64,000 bases of DNA from Malacoraja senta (GCA_038087875.1 CM075994.1:6698001-6762000), one strand, 5' to 3'. Shown: positions 35,751 through 49,535, counted from the first letter of the stretch. Numbers and translations are program-made. The notes: generated from the letters alone by a model not told the origin.

Positions 35751-36743
35751 ATGTGGACATCCAGAGTAATGGTGGATGGCTGTTTGTCAGGTTGGAGGCC
35801 GGTGACTAGTGGGGTGCCTCATGGGTCTGTGTTGGGTCCACTGTTGTTTGTCATGTACATCAATGATCTGGATGATGGTGTGGAAAATTGGATTAGTAAG
35901 TATGCAGATGATACTAAGATAGGTGGTGTGGTGGATAATGAAGTAGATTTTCAAAGTCTACAGAGAGATTTAGGCCATTTGGAAGAGTGGGCTGAAAGAT
36001 GGCAGATGGAGTTTAATGCTGACAAATGTGAGGTGCTACATCTCGCCAGGACAAATCAAAATAGGACGTACACGGTAAATGGTAGCGAATTGAGGAATGC
36101 AGTTGAACAGAGGGATCTAGGAATAACTGTGCATAGTTCCCTGAAGGTGGAATCTCATGTAGATAGGGTGGTAAAGAAAGCTTTTGGTGTGCTGGCCTTT
36201 ATAAATCAGAGCATTGAATATAGAAGTTGGGATGTAATGTTAAAATTGTACAAGGCATTGGTGAGGCCAATTCTGGAGTATGGAGTACAATTTTGGTCGC
36301 CTAATTATAGGAAGGATGTCAACAAAATAGAGAGAGTACAGAGGAGATTTACTAGAATGTTGCCTGGGTTTCAGCAACTAAGTTACAGAGAAAGGTTGAA
36401 CAAGTTAGGTCTTTATTCTTTGGAGCGCAGAAGGTTAAGAGGGGACTTGATAGAGGTCTTTAAAATTATGAGCGGGTTAGACAGAGTGGACGTGGATAAG
36501 CTTTTCCCATTGAGAGTAGGGAAGATTCAAACAAGGGGACATGACTTGAGAATTAAGGGACAGAAGTTTAGGGGGAACATTAAGGGGAATTTCTTTACTC
36601 AGAGAGTGGTAGCTGTGTGGAATGAGCTTCCAGTGGAAGTGATGGAGGCAGGTTCGATGTTATCCTTTAAAAATAGATTGGATGGGTATATGGACGGGAA
36701 AGGAATGGAGGGTTATGGTCTGAGTGCAGGTAGATGGGACTAG
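35751..36743 (+). CDS. CR1 LINE ORF2 C-terminal part (RT), uninterrupted 330 codons, 5' truncated
   Basis: VTSGVPHGSVLGPLLF..YINDL..KYADDTK..WQMEFNADKC..TRGH..WNELP; the 3' UTR and (TATGGTTA)n-like tail end near 36862. Confidence 0.95.
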   Translation: MWTSRVMVDGCLSGWRPVTSGVPHGSVLGPLLFVMYINDLDDGVENWISKYADDTKIGGVVDNEVDFQSLQRDLGHLEEWAERWQMEFNADKCEVLHLARTNQNRTYTVNGSELRNAVEQRDLGITVHSSLKVESHVDRVVKKAFGVLAFINQSIEYRSWDVMLKLYKALVRPILEYGVQFWSPNYRKDVNKIERVQRRFTRMLPGFQQLSYRERLNKLGLYSLERRRLRGDLIEVFKIMSGLDRVDVDKLFPLRVGKIQTRGHDLRIKGQKFRGNIKGNFFTQRVVAVWNELPVEVMEAGSMLSFKNRLDGYMDGKGMEGYGLSAGRWD

Positions 36744-37974
36744 GGGGAAGTATTTATTTTTAATTTAAAAAAAAATAAAAAAAAATTTAAAAAAAAGTTC
36801 GGCACGGACTTGAAGGGCCGAGATGGCCTGTTTCCGTGCTGTTATGGTTATATGGTTATATGGATAGGTGACATTGCGGGTCGCTTCAAGACCCTTCTTC
36901 AGAAGAAGTCCGAAAAAGGGCACCAACCCGAAAAGTCGCCTATCCACGTTCTCCAGCGATGCTGCCTGACCCGCTGAGTTAGGGCGGCACAGCAGAATTA
37001 GACATTCGGCCCATCAAGTCCACTCCGCCATTCAATCATGGCTGTTCTATCTCGCCCTCCTGACCCCATTCTCCTGCCATCTCCCCATAACTCCTGACAC
37101 CCTTACTAATCTATCTATCTCTGCTTAAAAATATCCTCCCACATTCCAAAGATATCCGGGTTTGTCGGTTAATTGGCTTCTGTAAATTGACCCTAGTGTG
37201 CAGGATTGTGCTAGTGAACGGGGTGATCACTGGTCGGCGCGGGCTCGGTGGGCCGAAGGGCCTGTTTCTGTTCCGTATCTCCAAAGCCTACAGCCTACTC
37301 CAGCATTTTGTGTCTATCTTTGGTATAAACCAGCATCGGCAGTTCCTTTTTATAACCTAGTTCTCGATTCTCCCACAAGTGGGAAAAAGTATTCTTCACA
37401 CACCCACCCTTTAGAGTTCCGGACTGGAACTTAGCTCTCTCTCCCTGGTGTGAAAATCAGTGCCCATGTCAACACACATAACACGTGGACAAATAACCAG
37501 AGGGGGAGGGAGTGGGACAAGACTTTTCTCCGTGTGATTGGACTGGGAAAGAGGACTACTCGAGACCGGAATAAAGGCTTTGCGGCAACAAATCCCAGCA
37601 GGATTAGCGGCAATGTTGTACAGCGTGCAGAGAGGTCCTTCAGCCCACTGAATCCATGCTGGCCATTGACGGTCCATTTATACTAATCCCTTTTATTCTC
37701 CAAGCATTCGCACTCGCCACCACCGAATCTTCCTCTCCACCCACACAATAGGCGCAGCGGTAGAGTTGCTGCCTGACAGCGCCAGAGACCCGGGATCGAT
37801 CCTGACCTTGGGTGCTGTCTGTACGGAGTTCGTATGTTATCCCTGTGACTGCACTTAAAGATAGCGGAGTCAGGGGATATGGGGAGAAGGCAGGAACGGG
37901 GTACTGATTGGGGATGATCAGCCATGATCACATTGAATGGCTCGAAGGGCCGAATGGCCTACTCCTGCACCTAT

Positions 37975-38732
37975 TATCTAAATGGTGGCCGATTAGGAAA
38001 TGGGGAGATGCAGCGAGACCTGGGTGTCATGGTACACCAGTCATTGAAAGTAGGCATGCAGGTGCAGCAGGCAGTGAAGAAAGCGAATGGTATGTTGGCT
38101 TTCATAGCAAAAGGATTTGAGTATAGGAGCAGGGAGGTTCTACTGCAGTTGTACAGGGTCTTGGTGAGACCACACCTGGAGTATTGCGTACAGTTTTGGT
38201 CTCCAAATCTGAGGAAGGACATTATAGCCATAGAGGGAGTGCAGAGAAGGTTCACCAGACTGATTCCTGGGATGTCAGGACTTTCATATGAAGAAAGACT
38301 GGATAGACTTGGCTTATACTCGCTAGAATTTAGGAGATTGAGAGGGGATCTTATAGAAACGTACAAAATTCTTATGGGGTTGGACAGGCTAGATCCAGGA
38401 AGATTGTTCCCGATGTTGGGGAAGTCCAGGACAAGGGGGTCACAGCTTAAGGATAAGGGGGAAATCCTTTAAGACCGAGATGAGGAAAAACTTTTTCACA
38501 CAGAGAGTGGTGAATCTCTGGAACTCTCTGCCACAGAGGGTAGTTGAGGCCAGTTCATTGGCTATATTTAAGAGGGAGTTAGATGTGGCCCTTGTGGCTA
38601 AGGGGATCAGGAGGTATGGAGAGAAGGCAGGTACGGGATACTGAGTTGGATGATCAGCCATGATCATATTGAATGGCGGTGCAGGCTCGAAGGGCCGAAC
38701 GGCCTACTCCTGCACCTATTGTCTATTGTCTA
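37975..38732 (+). mobile_element. CR1 LINE 3' fragment
   Basis: ORF 37924-38472 reads RDLGVMV..LYRVLVRPHLEYCVQFWSP; (CTATTGT)n tail. Confidence 0.93.
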
Positions 38733-39059
38733 TTGCATGGGTTTCCTCTGGGTGCTCTGGTATCCTCCCACACTCTAAAGACATGTGGGTCTGTAGGTTA
38801 GTTGGCTTCTGTGATTTGTCCCTAGTGTGTAGGATAGAAATAGTGTACGGGGTGATCACTGGTCGGCGCGGACTAGCTGGGCCAAAGATCCTGTTTCCAC
38901 GCTGTATCTGTAAAATAAACTAAAACTAAACTAAACAAATTACAGCGGGCCGATGAACCTACAAACCCGCACGTCTTTGGGATGTGCGAGGAAACTGTAG
39001 GTACCGGAGGAAGCCCACGCAGGTCACGGGGAGAACGTGCAAACGCCACACAAGTGAAA

Positions 39060-39492
39060 TCTTGACTTAGTTTAGTGATACACATAGGGTGCAAAAGTAC
39101 TTTAAAAAACCCAACTGAGGTCAGGTAAGGGGGGATGAAAGCTGGAGAGTTGGTATGTCCCATTTGCGTGATGCTTACAACAAAGTATTTGTTTTTCTCT
39201 TTTCCCTCTTTCTCTTTTTTCTTCTTTTTTAGGGTCTATTTCTTAACTTTTTTTTTTTAAATTTCTTTCTTACAGGGTCTTTGTTCTTTTTTGTTGTCAC
39301 GTTTTTTACATTTTCACTTTTTTCCTTCACTTTCTCCTTTCTCTCAATCTCATCCTTTCCCTTTATTAGTGTAAAAAATGATGGAGTACATTAATTGTAA
39401 TAAGATATACGTGACGAGTACTAATGTAATTGGTTGTAATGTAATGTACTTCTAATAAATAAAAATTAAAAAAATTAAAATTTAAAAAAAAA
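39060..39492 (+). mobile_element. Probable 3' end of a poly(A)-tailed retroposon (L1/Tx1-like)
   Basis: Long T-rich stretch, then AATAAA and a degenerate poly(A); no coding motif recognised. Confidence 0.4.
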
Positions 39493-39812
39493 GTGATACA
39501 GCGCGGAAACAGGCCCTTCAGCCCACCGAGTCTACACCGACCATCAATCACTCGGTCACACACTAGTTCTATGTTATCCCACTTTTTCTTCCACTCCCTA
39601 CACACTAGGGGGGAATTTGCAGAGGGACGATTAACCCACAAACCCGTACGTCTTTGGGATGTGGGGGGAAACCGGAGCACCCAGAGAAAACCCACGCGGT
39701 CACGGGGAGAACGTGTAAACCCCACACACACACACAGCGCCCAAGGTCAGGATCGAACCGGGGTCTCTGGCGCTGTGAGGCAGCGGCTCTACCCGCTGCG
39801 CCACCGTGCCGC
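39493..39812 (-). mobile_element. V-SINE
   Basis: A box TGGCGCAGCGG and B box GGTTCGATCC on the minus strand. Confidence 0.88.
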
Positions 39813-40060
39813 CCACTTGCAAGGATGGGGAAAATGGGTGATATTAATCAGCCAGCACTCCACTCTCCAGCTTCGGATTGTCAGGGACCATCACCCCACT
39901 GCACGCAGTCAACAAAATAGTGGCAGGCACGCCGGGTCTTCCACCCTGGTGGAACGGCAGCCACTGGCGGCCACTGTGCACTGTACAGTGGTCAGGGTCA
40001 GCTGGCTCAGGTGTCCACTGGCTGGCTGGCTGGGGGACTGGGCTGAAGGTGCATGGGGAG

Positions 40061-40260
40061 NNNNNNNNNNNNNNNNNNNNNNNNNNNNNNNNNNNNNNNN
40101 NNNNNNNNNNNNNNNNNNNNNNNNNNNNNNNNNNNNNNNNNNNNNNNNNNNNNNNNNNNNNNNNNNNNNNNNNNNNNNNNNNNNNNNNNNNNNNNNNNNN
40201 NNNNNNNNNNNNNNNNNNNNNNNNNNNNNNNNNNNNNNNNNNNNNNNNNNNNNNNNNNNN
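40061..40260. other. Assembly gap (200 N)
   Basis: Run of N. Confidence 1.
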
Positions 40261-41822
40261 GAAGGGGCGACGTTTCGGATCAAGGCCGTTCTTCAGGACT
40301 GATGTCAGGGGAGTGGGAGGTACATAGATAAGGAAGTGTATAGATAAGGAAGTGTAAGGTGTGAAAACAGGACAAAGGGAATATAGGACAAGGAAAATGT
40401 AGAATAGATCATTGATAGTTGGGAGAAGGGAACAACAAAGCGAACAGAGATAAAATGTAGTCGGAGACAGTAAGTCTGGTCGAAGAACTGTGAAGTGGGA
40501 GGGGTGGAGAGAGAGGGAAAGCAAGGGTTACTTGAAGTTAGAGACGTCAATGTTCATACCACTGTGGTGTAAACTACCCAAGCGAAATATGAGTTGCTGT
40601 TCCTCTAATTTGCACTGTGCCTCACTCTGACAGTGGAGGAAGCCCAGTACAGAAAGGTCATTGTGGGAATGGGAGGAGGAGTTAAAGTGTTACGTTAATG
40701 GGAGTACGGGAGTTTGGCTTGCTTGCACTTACGCGCGGTATTAACTGATCTGTTTGTACAGCACTCAAACAAAAGCTTCCCACTGCTCCTTGGCCCACGT
40801 GAGAATAACACACTCAAACCTTAAGGCAAGTCGGGCCTGCTTGCTCAGGCCTCAACAGGCAGGGTTGCCAGGCAACTGGCGGTCGGGTAAGGTTAGATCT
40901 TCAAGCTGAAACAACACAGTCTTAGCTCAAATCCGGGCTGCACCTGGAATATCAGGCACGCAAAAGGCAAGTTTAGACAGGAGTATTATCCAGCTAGATA
41001 CAAAATGCTGGAGCAACTCAGTGGGACAGGCAGCACCTCTGGAGAGAAGGAATGGGTGATGTTTCGGGTCGAGACCCTTATTCAGACTGAGTGTCGGGGG
41101 AGAGGAAGGCACAGAGATAATTTAGTTTAATTTAGTTTAGAGATACAGCGCAGCAGGCCCTTCGGCCCACCGGGTCCACACCGGCCGGTGATCCCCGCAG
41201 GTTAGCACTAACCTACACATACTCGGGACAATTTTCAACATTTACCAAGCCAATTTACCTACATACCTGTACGTCTTTGGAGTGTGGGAGGAAACCGAAG
41301 CTCGCGGAGAAAACCCACGCGGTCACGGGGAGAATGTACAAACTAGGTACAGACAGCACCCGTAGTCGGGATCGAACCTGGGTCTCTGATGCAGTAAGGT
41401 CTGTAAGGCAGCAACTCTACCGCTGCACCACTGCGCTACCGGATAAGGAAATCAAGGAAAATGTGGAATAGATCATTGTTCGCTGGCAGAAAGTGACAAC
41501 AAAGCAATAAGATAAAGTGTAAATCAGGGGGACGGTCAGACTGGTCGGAAAACTGGGAAGGGGGAGGGATGGAGAGAGTGGGAAAGCAAGGGTTACTTGA
41601 AGTTGCAGAAGTCAATGTTCATACCGCTGGGGTGTAAGCTGCCCAAGTGAAATATGAGGTGCTGTTCCTCCAATTTGCTCTGGGCCTCACTCTGACAGTG
41701 GAGGTGGCCCAGGGCAGAAAGGTCAGTGTGGGAATGGGAGGGGGAGTTGAAGTGCTGGGCCACCGGGAGATCAGCTTGGTTAAGACGGACTGAGCGGAAC
41801 GATCACCGAGCCTGCGCTTGGT
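40261..41822 (-). mobile_element. Two Penelope-like 3' fragments (40261-40690 and 40994-41822), the second split by a V-SINE (41120-41440)
   Basis: Reverse-strand GIY-YIG tail (ATATTTCGCTTGGG..) and degenerate hammerhead termini. Confidence 0.8.
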
Positions 41823-41864
41823 CTGAGCTGGCTACTGACCACTGGCATCAGAGCCTACATAGTT

Positions 41865-44380
41865 TCAGAGTCATACAGCATGGAAACAGGCCCTTTGGCC
41901 CAACTTATTCTTGCCGACCAAAATACATAGAAACATAGAAATAGGTGCAGGAGCAGGCCATTCAGCCCTTTGAGCCAGCACCGCCATTCAATATGATGAT
42001 GGCTGATCATACAGAATCAGTACCCCGTTCCCGCTTTCTCCCCCATATCCCTTGATTCCGTTAGCCCTAAGACCTAAATCTAACTCTCTCTTGAAAACAT
42101 CCAGTGAATTGGCTTCCACAGCTCATCTCTCCTGCCTGCATCTGGCCCAGATCCCTCTAAACCTTTCCCATACATCTAACTGTCCAATGTGATCTCAGAC
42201 ATGATCACATTGAATGGCGGTGTTGGCTAGAAGGGCCGAATGGCCTGATCATGCACCTATTGTCTAAACGCTGTTATAGTACTTGCAACTACCCCCTCTG
42301 GCAGCTCGTTCCATACAACCATACACCCACCACCCACAAACCACGGAGTGTAAAGGACACCCCGCAGGTTCCTTGTGGTATTCGCTGCCTCAGAGGACGG
42401 TGGAGGCCGGTTCTCTGGATACTTTCAAGAGAGAGCTAGATAGGGCTCTTGAAGATAGCGGAGTCAGGGGATATGGGGAGAAGGCAGGAACGGGGTACCT
42501 GATTGTGGATGATCAGCCATGATCACATTGAATGGCGGTGCTGGCTTGAAGGGCCGAATGGCCTACTCCTGCACCTATTGCCTATTGTCCCTCTCATCTT
42601 AAACCAATGTCCTCTGGTTCTTGATTCCCCTACCCTTGGTAAAAGACTGTGCATTCACCACATCTGCTCCCCTCATGATATTGTTCCACATATCCACCAC
42701 CCTCTGGGTGAAAAGGTTGCCCCTCAGCTTCCTATTAAATCTTTCTCCTCTCACCTTAAATTTATGTCCTCTGGTTCCTAATTCCCTCACTCTGGGTAAA
42801 AGACTCAGTCCTTTTACCCAATCTATTCCCCTCATGATCTTATACACCTCTACTAGATTACCCCTCAGCTACCTGCACTCCAAATGAATAAATTCCTAGC
42901 CTGCCCAACCACTCCCTGTAGCTCAGGCCTCTCGAGTCCTGGCAACATCTTCGTAAACCTTCTCCGCGCCCTTTCCAGTCTGATGACATCCTTCTTATAG
43001 CAAGGTAACATATGTATACTGAACAGAATGCCCTAAATGAACTCTCACCAGTGTCTTGTACAATTGGAAGGGTCACTACGCAGTGTTGCAGCAGTAGAGT
43101 TGCTGCCTCACAGCGCCAGAGACCCGGGTTTGATCCTGACCTCGGCTGCTGTTTGCACAGAGTTTGTACAGTCTCCCTGTGACCATGTGGGTTTTCTCCG
43201 AGTCCTCCCAAAGACGTGCGGGTTTGTAGGTTAATTGGCTTTGGTAAAAATTATAAATTGTCCCTAGTGTGTGTGGGATAGTGCTAGTTTACAGGGTGAT
43301 TGCTGGTCGGTGCAGACTCGGTGGGCCGAAGGGCCTGTTTCCACGCTGTATCTCTAAAACTAAAATCTCTTGAATTATAGGACAAACCCCTGGAGGAATT
43401 TAACAGACCAGGCAGCATGTGTGGAAGGAAATAGACAGACGTTTTGGGGCGGGACCCTTCTTCAGCCTGTCCCGATACGTCATCTGTCCAATTTCCCTCC
43501 ACAGATTTATATTTAAGGTTATTATTGTCACGTATACCAAGGTAAAGTGAAAATATTAGTTTTGCCTGCTATCAATCAAGTCAGATAATACTCCACATCA
43601 ATACAGTCATGTCAAACGCAAGTACATTAGGGAGAGCAAAGGGGAAGATACGGACTGCAGAATATAGTTCTCAGCATTGTAGCCCATCAGTTCCAGAGAC
43701 AAAGTCCAATGTCCGCAATGGAGTCGAGGTGAATCGGACAGTACCCTAGTTTATGGAAGGACCGTTCCGAAGCCTGATAACAGAGGGGAAGAAGCTGTTC
43801 GTGAGTCTGGTGGTGCGCGCTTTCAAGCTTCTGTACCTTCTGTACCTCTGCCGGACGGAAGCGGGGAGAAGGAGGAATGACCGGGGTGGGACAATGCTTT
43901 GATTATCTGTGACTGTTTTTCCGGGAGCCAGTCTAATTTAGTTTAATTTAGAAGATACGGCGCGGAACGGGCTCATCGGTCCACCGAGTCCGCGCCGACC
44001 AGCGATCCCTGCACACTGGCGCTATCCTACACACACTAAGGAACAATTTAACATTAATACCGAGCCAATTAACCTACAAACCTGCACGCCTTTGGAGCGC
44101 GGGAGAAAACGGAAGATCCCGGAGAAAACCCACGCAGGTCACGGGGAAAACGTACACCAGCACTATCCTACATATTGGTGACAATTTACAGAAGCCAATT
44201 AACCTACAAACCTGCACGCCTTTGGAATGCGGGAGAAAACCGGAGATCCCGGAGAAAACCCACACGGGTCACGGGGAGACGGTACAGACTCCATACAGAC
44301 AGCACCCGTGGTTGGGATCGAACCCAAGGCCCTGGCGCTGTGAGGCAGCAGCTCAACCCACTGCGCTACTTTGCCGCACG
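41865..44380. mobile_element. Mosaic of CR1 3' fragments, V-SINEs (43070-43365 +, 43935-44380 -) and a Rex-type fragment
   Basis: TRGHKFKVRGERF..FTQRVV, SINE A/B boxes, LPSGR-type remnant near 43760-43900. Confidence 0.75.
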
Positions 44381-44809
44381 GAGACATCCCTGGGTCTTGC
44401 CGTCCCCGATCCATCCGATCCTAATCAACGACCAGGGATTCCCACACTGCAGAGCCCTTGACAGCTCACATTGATTAAAGATGGTGTTAAACGCTGGATA
44501 CTGGATGCTCACAACCTCCAGTGTACGATATACTGTCAAACATGTTTAAAATTACACCCATCATTGGGCACTCACACATTACTCGTGCCAGGCAATGAAA
44601 TTATATCACTCTGGGGGTGCAGTAAAGAGGCAATGAGTAACTGGCGAGCTGTCTTTGTTTTATTAGGCTGTTGTTAAAGCTGTAATGCATTGCAGTTACT
44701 CTGGCCCCTCCGCTCAACCACGCAGTTGCATCCCTGATCGTGGCACTGAGAGGCAGTGGCTCCACCAGCTACACCAATGTGTCACCCTATCTTGCACCCT
44801 CTCAAGTAC

Positions 44810-47670
44810 ACAAGTTCACAGGAGGAGAATTGGGCCATTCGGCCCATCGAGTTCACTCCGCCATTCGATCACGGCCGATCTCTGCCTCCTAATCCCATTT
44901 GCAGGAAGGAACCGCAGATGCTGGTTACAACCATAGATAGAAACATAAAAAGCTGGAGTAACTCAGCGGGACAGGCAGCATCTCTGGAGAGAAGGGATGG
45001 GCAATGTTTCGGGTCGAGACCCTTCTTCAGACTCTTTTCATTGTAATTTAGTTTCGAGATACAGAGCGGAAACAGGCCCTTCAGCCCACCGAGTCCGCGC
45101 CGACCAGCGATCCCCGTACACTAAAGATAGACACAAAATGCTGGAGTAACTCAGCGGGACAGGCAGCATCTCTGGAGAGACGGAATGGGTGACGTCACTC
45201 ATGCTTTCTCTCCAGAGATGCTGCCTGTCCCACTGAGTTACTCCAGCTTCTTGTGGATCCTAATCCCATTTTCCTGCCTTCTTCCCATTACCTTTGACAC
45301 CCGTTCTAATCAAGAATTTGTCTGTCTCTGCTGTAAAAATATCCACTGACTTGGCCTCCACAGCCCTCTGTGGCAATGAGTTCCACAGATTAACTACCCT
45401 CTGACGATAGGCGTTCCTCCTTACCTCCTGGCTAAAAGAGATGCCCTTTAATTCTGAGGCTATGACGTCTGGTCCTAGACTCTCCCACCAGTGGAAACAT
45501 CCCTCTCCACATCCACTCTGTCCAGGCCTTTCATTATTCTGTAAGTTTCAATGGGGTCCCTCCTCAACCTTCTAAACTCCAGCGAGTACAGGCCCAGTGC
45601 CGACAAAAGCTTATCCTAGGTACACAAAAATGCTGGAGAAACTCAGCGGGTGCAGCAGCATCTATGGAGCGAAGGAAATAGGCAACGTTTCGGGCCGAAA
45701 CCCTTCTTCAAAGCTTATCCTAGGTTAATCTACTCACTACTGGGATCATTCTTGTAAACCTCCTCTGGACCCTCTCCAGAGACAAGTATATTATTGTCAC
45801 GTTGACCAAGGTACAGGGAGAAGCCTTTCTTTGCGTGCTGTCCAAGCAGATGAGATAATACTGCACACACGTACAAATAAGCCAAACTCAAGTACAATGG
45901 GTAGAGGATACGGAAAGGTACAGCTGTAATTGGAGACAGTAGACTAGAGATACAGCACAGAAACAGGCCCTTCAGCCCTACGAATGCATGCCGACCAGCG
46001 ATCACCCCGTACAGTAGCACTATCCAACACACTAGGGATAATTTTACAATTTTTACCAAAGCCAATTAACCTACAAACCTGTACGTCTTTGTAGTGTGAG
46101 AGGTTGAAGAAACTGCAGCACCCCGGAGGAATACCCAGGCAGTCACGTGCAAACTCCGTGCAGATAGCACTCGTAGTCGGGATTGAACCCGGGTCTCTGG
46201 CGCTGTGAGGCACCGCTGCGCCACCGTGCTGCACGGCCTCTGTTCATCCCCAACCTCTCCCCCCACAACCGGCACAGTAGGGCAGCGGTAGAGTTGCTGC
46301 CTCGCAGCGCCAGAACGCGGGTTTGATCCCCACCACCGGTGCTGCCTGTATGGAGCTTGTACGTTATCCCTGTGACCACGTGGGTTTTCTCCGGGTGCTC
46401 CAGATTCCCTCGACATTCCACAGACGTGTGGGTTTGTAGGATATAGAATCATTGTGTCATACAGTTATATAGTGTGGAAACAGGCCCCTTCGGCCAACAT
46501 GTCCCAACTACACTAGTCCCACCTGCCCGCGCTTGGTCCATATCCCTCCAAACCTGTCCTATCCATGTACCTGTCTAATTGTTTCTTAAACATTGGGATG
46601 GTCCCAGCCTCAACTACCTCCTCTGGCAGCTAGTTCCATACACCCACCATCCTTTTATGTGAGAAAGTTACTCCTCATATTCCGATTAAATCTTTTCCCC
46701 CTTCACCGGAAACCTATGTCCGCTCGTCCTCGATTCATCTACTCTGGGCAAGAGACTCTGCGTCTACCCGATCTATTCCTCTCATGATCTTATACACCTC
46801 TACAAGATCAACCCTCATCCTCCTGCGCTCCAAGGAAGAGACCCAGCCTACCCAACCTCTCCTTGCAGCTCACACCCTCTAGTCCTGGAAACATTCTCGT
46901 AAATCTTCTTTGTACATTTTCCAGCTTGACAACATCTTTCCTATAACACGGAGCCCAGAACTGAACACAATGCTCGAAATGTGGCCTCACCAACGTCTTA
47001 TACAACTGCAACATGTGCTCCCAACTTCTATACTCAATATAATTGCAAAAAGCTGGAGTAACTCAGCGGGACAGTCAGCACCTCTGGAGAGAAGGGATGG
47101 GTGACGTTTCGGGTCAAGACCCTTCTCTAAACTCTGGCTGATGAAGGCCAATGTGCCAAAAGGCTTTTTGACCACCCGATCTACCTGTGACTCCACCTTC
47201 AGGGAGCTGTGCACCTGCACACCTCGATCCCTCTGCTCTATAACACCTCCCCAGAGTCCCACCATTCACTGTGTAGGTCCTGCCCATGTTAGACTTCACA
47301 AAGTACAACACCTCACCTTTTTCTGCAGTAAATGCCACCAACCAATCCTCAGCCCACTTGATAAAGACCCTGCTGCAACTTTTCACAACCATCTTCACTA
47401 TCTGCAAAACCACCCACTTTTGTATCATCAGCAAACTTGCTAATCTTGCCCTGTATGTTCTCCTCCAAATCATAGCACTCGTAGTCAGGATCGCACTCTG
47501 GCATTTTAAGGCAGCAACTCTGCCCGCTGTAGGTTCACCTTGTGGGTGAATTGGCTTCTGTAAATAGACCCCAATGTGTAGGGAGTGGATGGAAAGTAGA
47601 ACTAGTGTGAACGGGTGATCAATGGCCGACATGGACTTGGTGGGCTGAAGGGCCTGTTTCCATGATGTGT
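44810..47670. mobile_element. Nested mosaic of CR1 (minus), V-SINEs and hammerhead-bearing Penelope termini
   Basis: LQLYKTLVRPHFEHCVQFWAP on the minus strand; SINEs at 45945-46232 and 46270-46440; hammerhead cores near 45003, 45685 and 47103. Confidence 0.8.
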
Positions 47671-48622
47671 CTTATAATCTATTCCACGCCATGTCAGGGA
47701 GAGAGCGGGTCCCATCTTGTGATTAGCCCACCTCAATTAGGTTAACACATCCCAAACCCACAGAACCATGTTTGGAGGTACAGCACAGGGCACAACTCAT
47801 GTCACTGTACACTGCGAATTGCTCGATTGTAATCATGTATTGTCTTTCCGTTGACTGGTTAGCGCCCGATAAAAGCTTTTCACTGTACCTCGGTACACGT
47901 GATAATTCATGAACAGCTTCTTCCCACAGCTATCAGGCTAATAAACTCGCCATCAAACAAATTCTGAACTATAACAGCCTATTGCACTTTATCTGTTTAA
48001 TTATGTGTATATATATGGTATTTGCTATATAGACACACTGAACTGTACTGTATTTATGATTACTGTGCTGCAACAAGCAAGAATTTCATTGCCCCATCTG
48101 GGACACATGACAATAAACGCTCTTGACGACTTGAATTAACTAAACTCAATTCAAAAAGAAGTGTGGGTTTGTAGGTTAATTGGCCCTAGTGTGTAGGGAG
48201 TGGATGAGAAAGTGGGATAAGATAGAACTGGCATGAAAGGGTGATCTGATGGTGGGCTGAAGGGCCTTTTTCCACGCTGTATCTTTCAATCAATTCAACG
48301 GCTACAAACCATTGGGGTGTAGAATGGTAACGTGGCTCCTGTAAGCCGACCTAGGATAGAGACAGAACCTTTTTCCCAGGATGGAAATGGCAAATACTAA
48401 AAGGTAGATCTTTACTGTTCGATGCACTTTACTGTGTGATGGGAACGTTCCTTCCACCACCCACCCCCCTCCCCATCCACGGACCACCACCCTGGTTCCA
48501 GGGGCAGGGTGGGGAGGGGAGGGTTAGTAAGGGACCGTTCTCTGTACACAGTGGTGGTGAAGCCTCGCGGCTCGACCGGTGGTTGCTGGTCAGGGAGAGT
48601 GTGGGGGGACCGTCATGAGGGA

Positions 48623-49211
48623 AACATAGAAACATAGAAAATAGGTGCAGGAGTAGGCCATTCGGCCCTTCGAGCCTGCACCGCCATTCAATATGATCAT
48701 GGCTGATCATCCAACTCAGTATCCTGTACCTGCCTTCTCTCCATACCCCCTGATCCTTTTAGCCACAAGGGCCACATCTAACTCCCTCTTAAATATAGCC
48801 AATGAACTGGCCTCAACTACCTTCTGTTGCAGAGAATTCCAAAGATTCACCACTCTCTGTGTGCAAAATGTTTTTCTCATCTCGGTCCTAAAAGATTTCC
48901 CCCTTATCCTTAAACTGTGACCCCTTGTTCTGGACTTCCCCAACATCGGGAATAATCTTCCTGCATCTAGCTTGTCCAACACCTCAAGAATTTTGTAAGT
49001 TTCTATAAGATCCCCCCTCAATCTTCTAAATTCCAGCGAGTATCCAGTCTTTCTTCATATGAAAGTCCTGCCATCCCAGGAATCAGTCTGGTGAACCTTC
49101 TCTGTACTCCCTCTATGGCAAGAATGTCTTTCCTCAGATTTGGAGACCAAAACTGTACGCAATACTCCAGGTGTGGTCTCACCAAGACCCTGTACAACTG
49201 CAGTAGAACCT
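48623..49211 (-). mobile_element. CR1 LINE 3' fragment
   Basis: ORFs 48716-49021 and 49018-49248; same subfamily as 37975-38732. Confidence 0.92.
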
Positions 49212-49239
49212 GGAAGGGGGCAGAACAATGGATAATGGG

Positions 49240-49535
49240 GATAGACACAAAATGCTGGAGTAACTCAGCGGAACAGGCAGCATCTCTGGAGAGAAGGAAC
49301 GGGTGACATTTCGGGTCGAGACCCTAATTCAGACTGAGAGTCAGGGGAGAGGGATATCTCCACATCACCGTCTATATCTCTCATTTCCCTTATCCCTAAC
49401 CAGTTTGATGAAGGGTCTCGACACGAAACGTCACCTATTCCTTCTCTCCAGAGATGCTGCCTGTCCCGCTGAGTTACTTCAGCTTTTTGTGTCTATCTTC
49501 GGTTTAAAACAGCATCTGCAGTTCCTTCCTGCACA
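49240..49535. mobile_element. Fold-back mini-element made of two inverted Penelope termini
   Basis: 49240-49345 is the reverse complement of about 49395-49498; each arm has a (mutated) hammerhead core. Confidence 0.85.

Noticed and set aside
39493..40524. ORFs spanning X runs
   Set aside because: Artefacts of the N gap.
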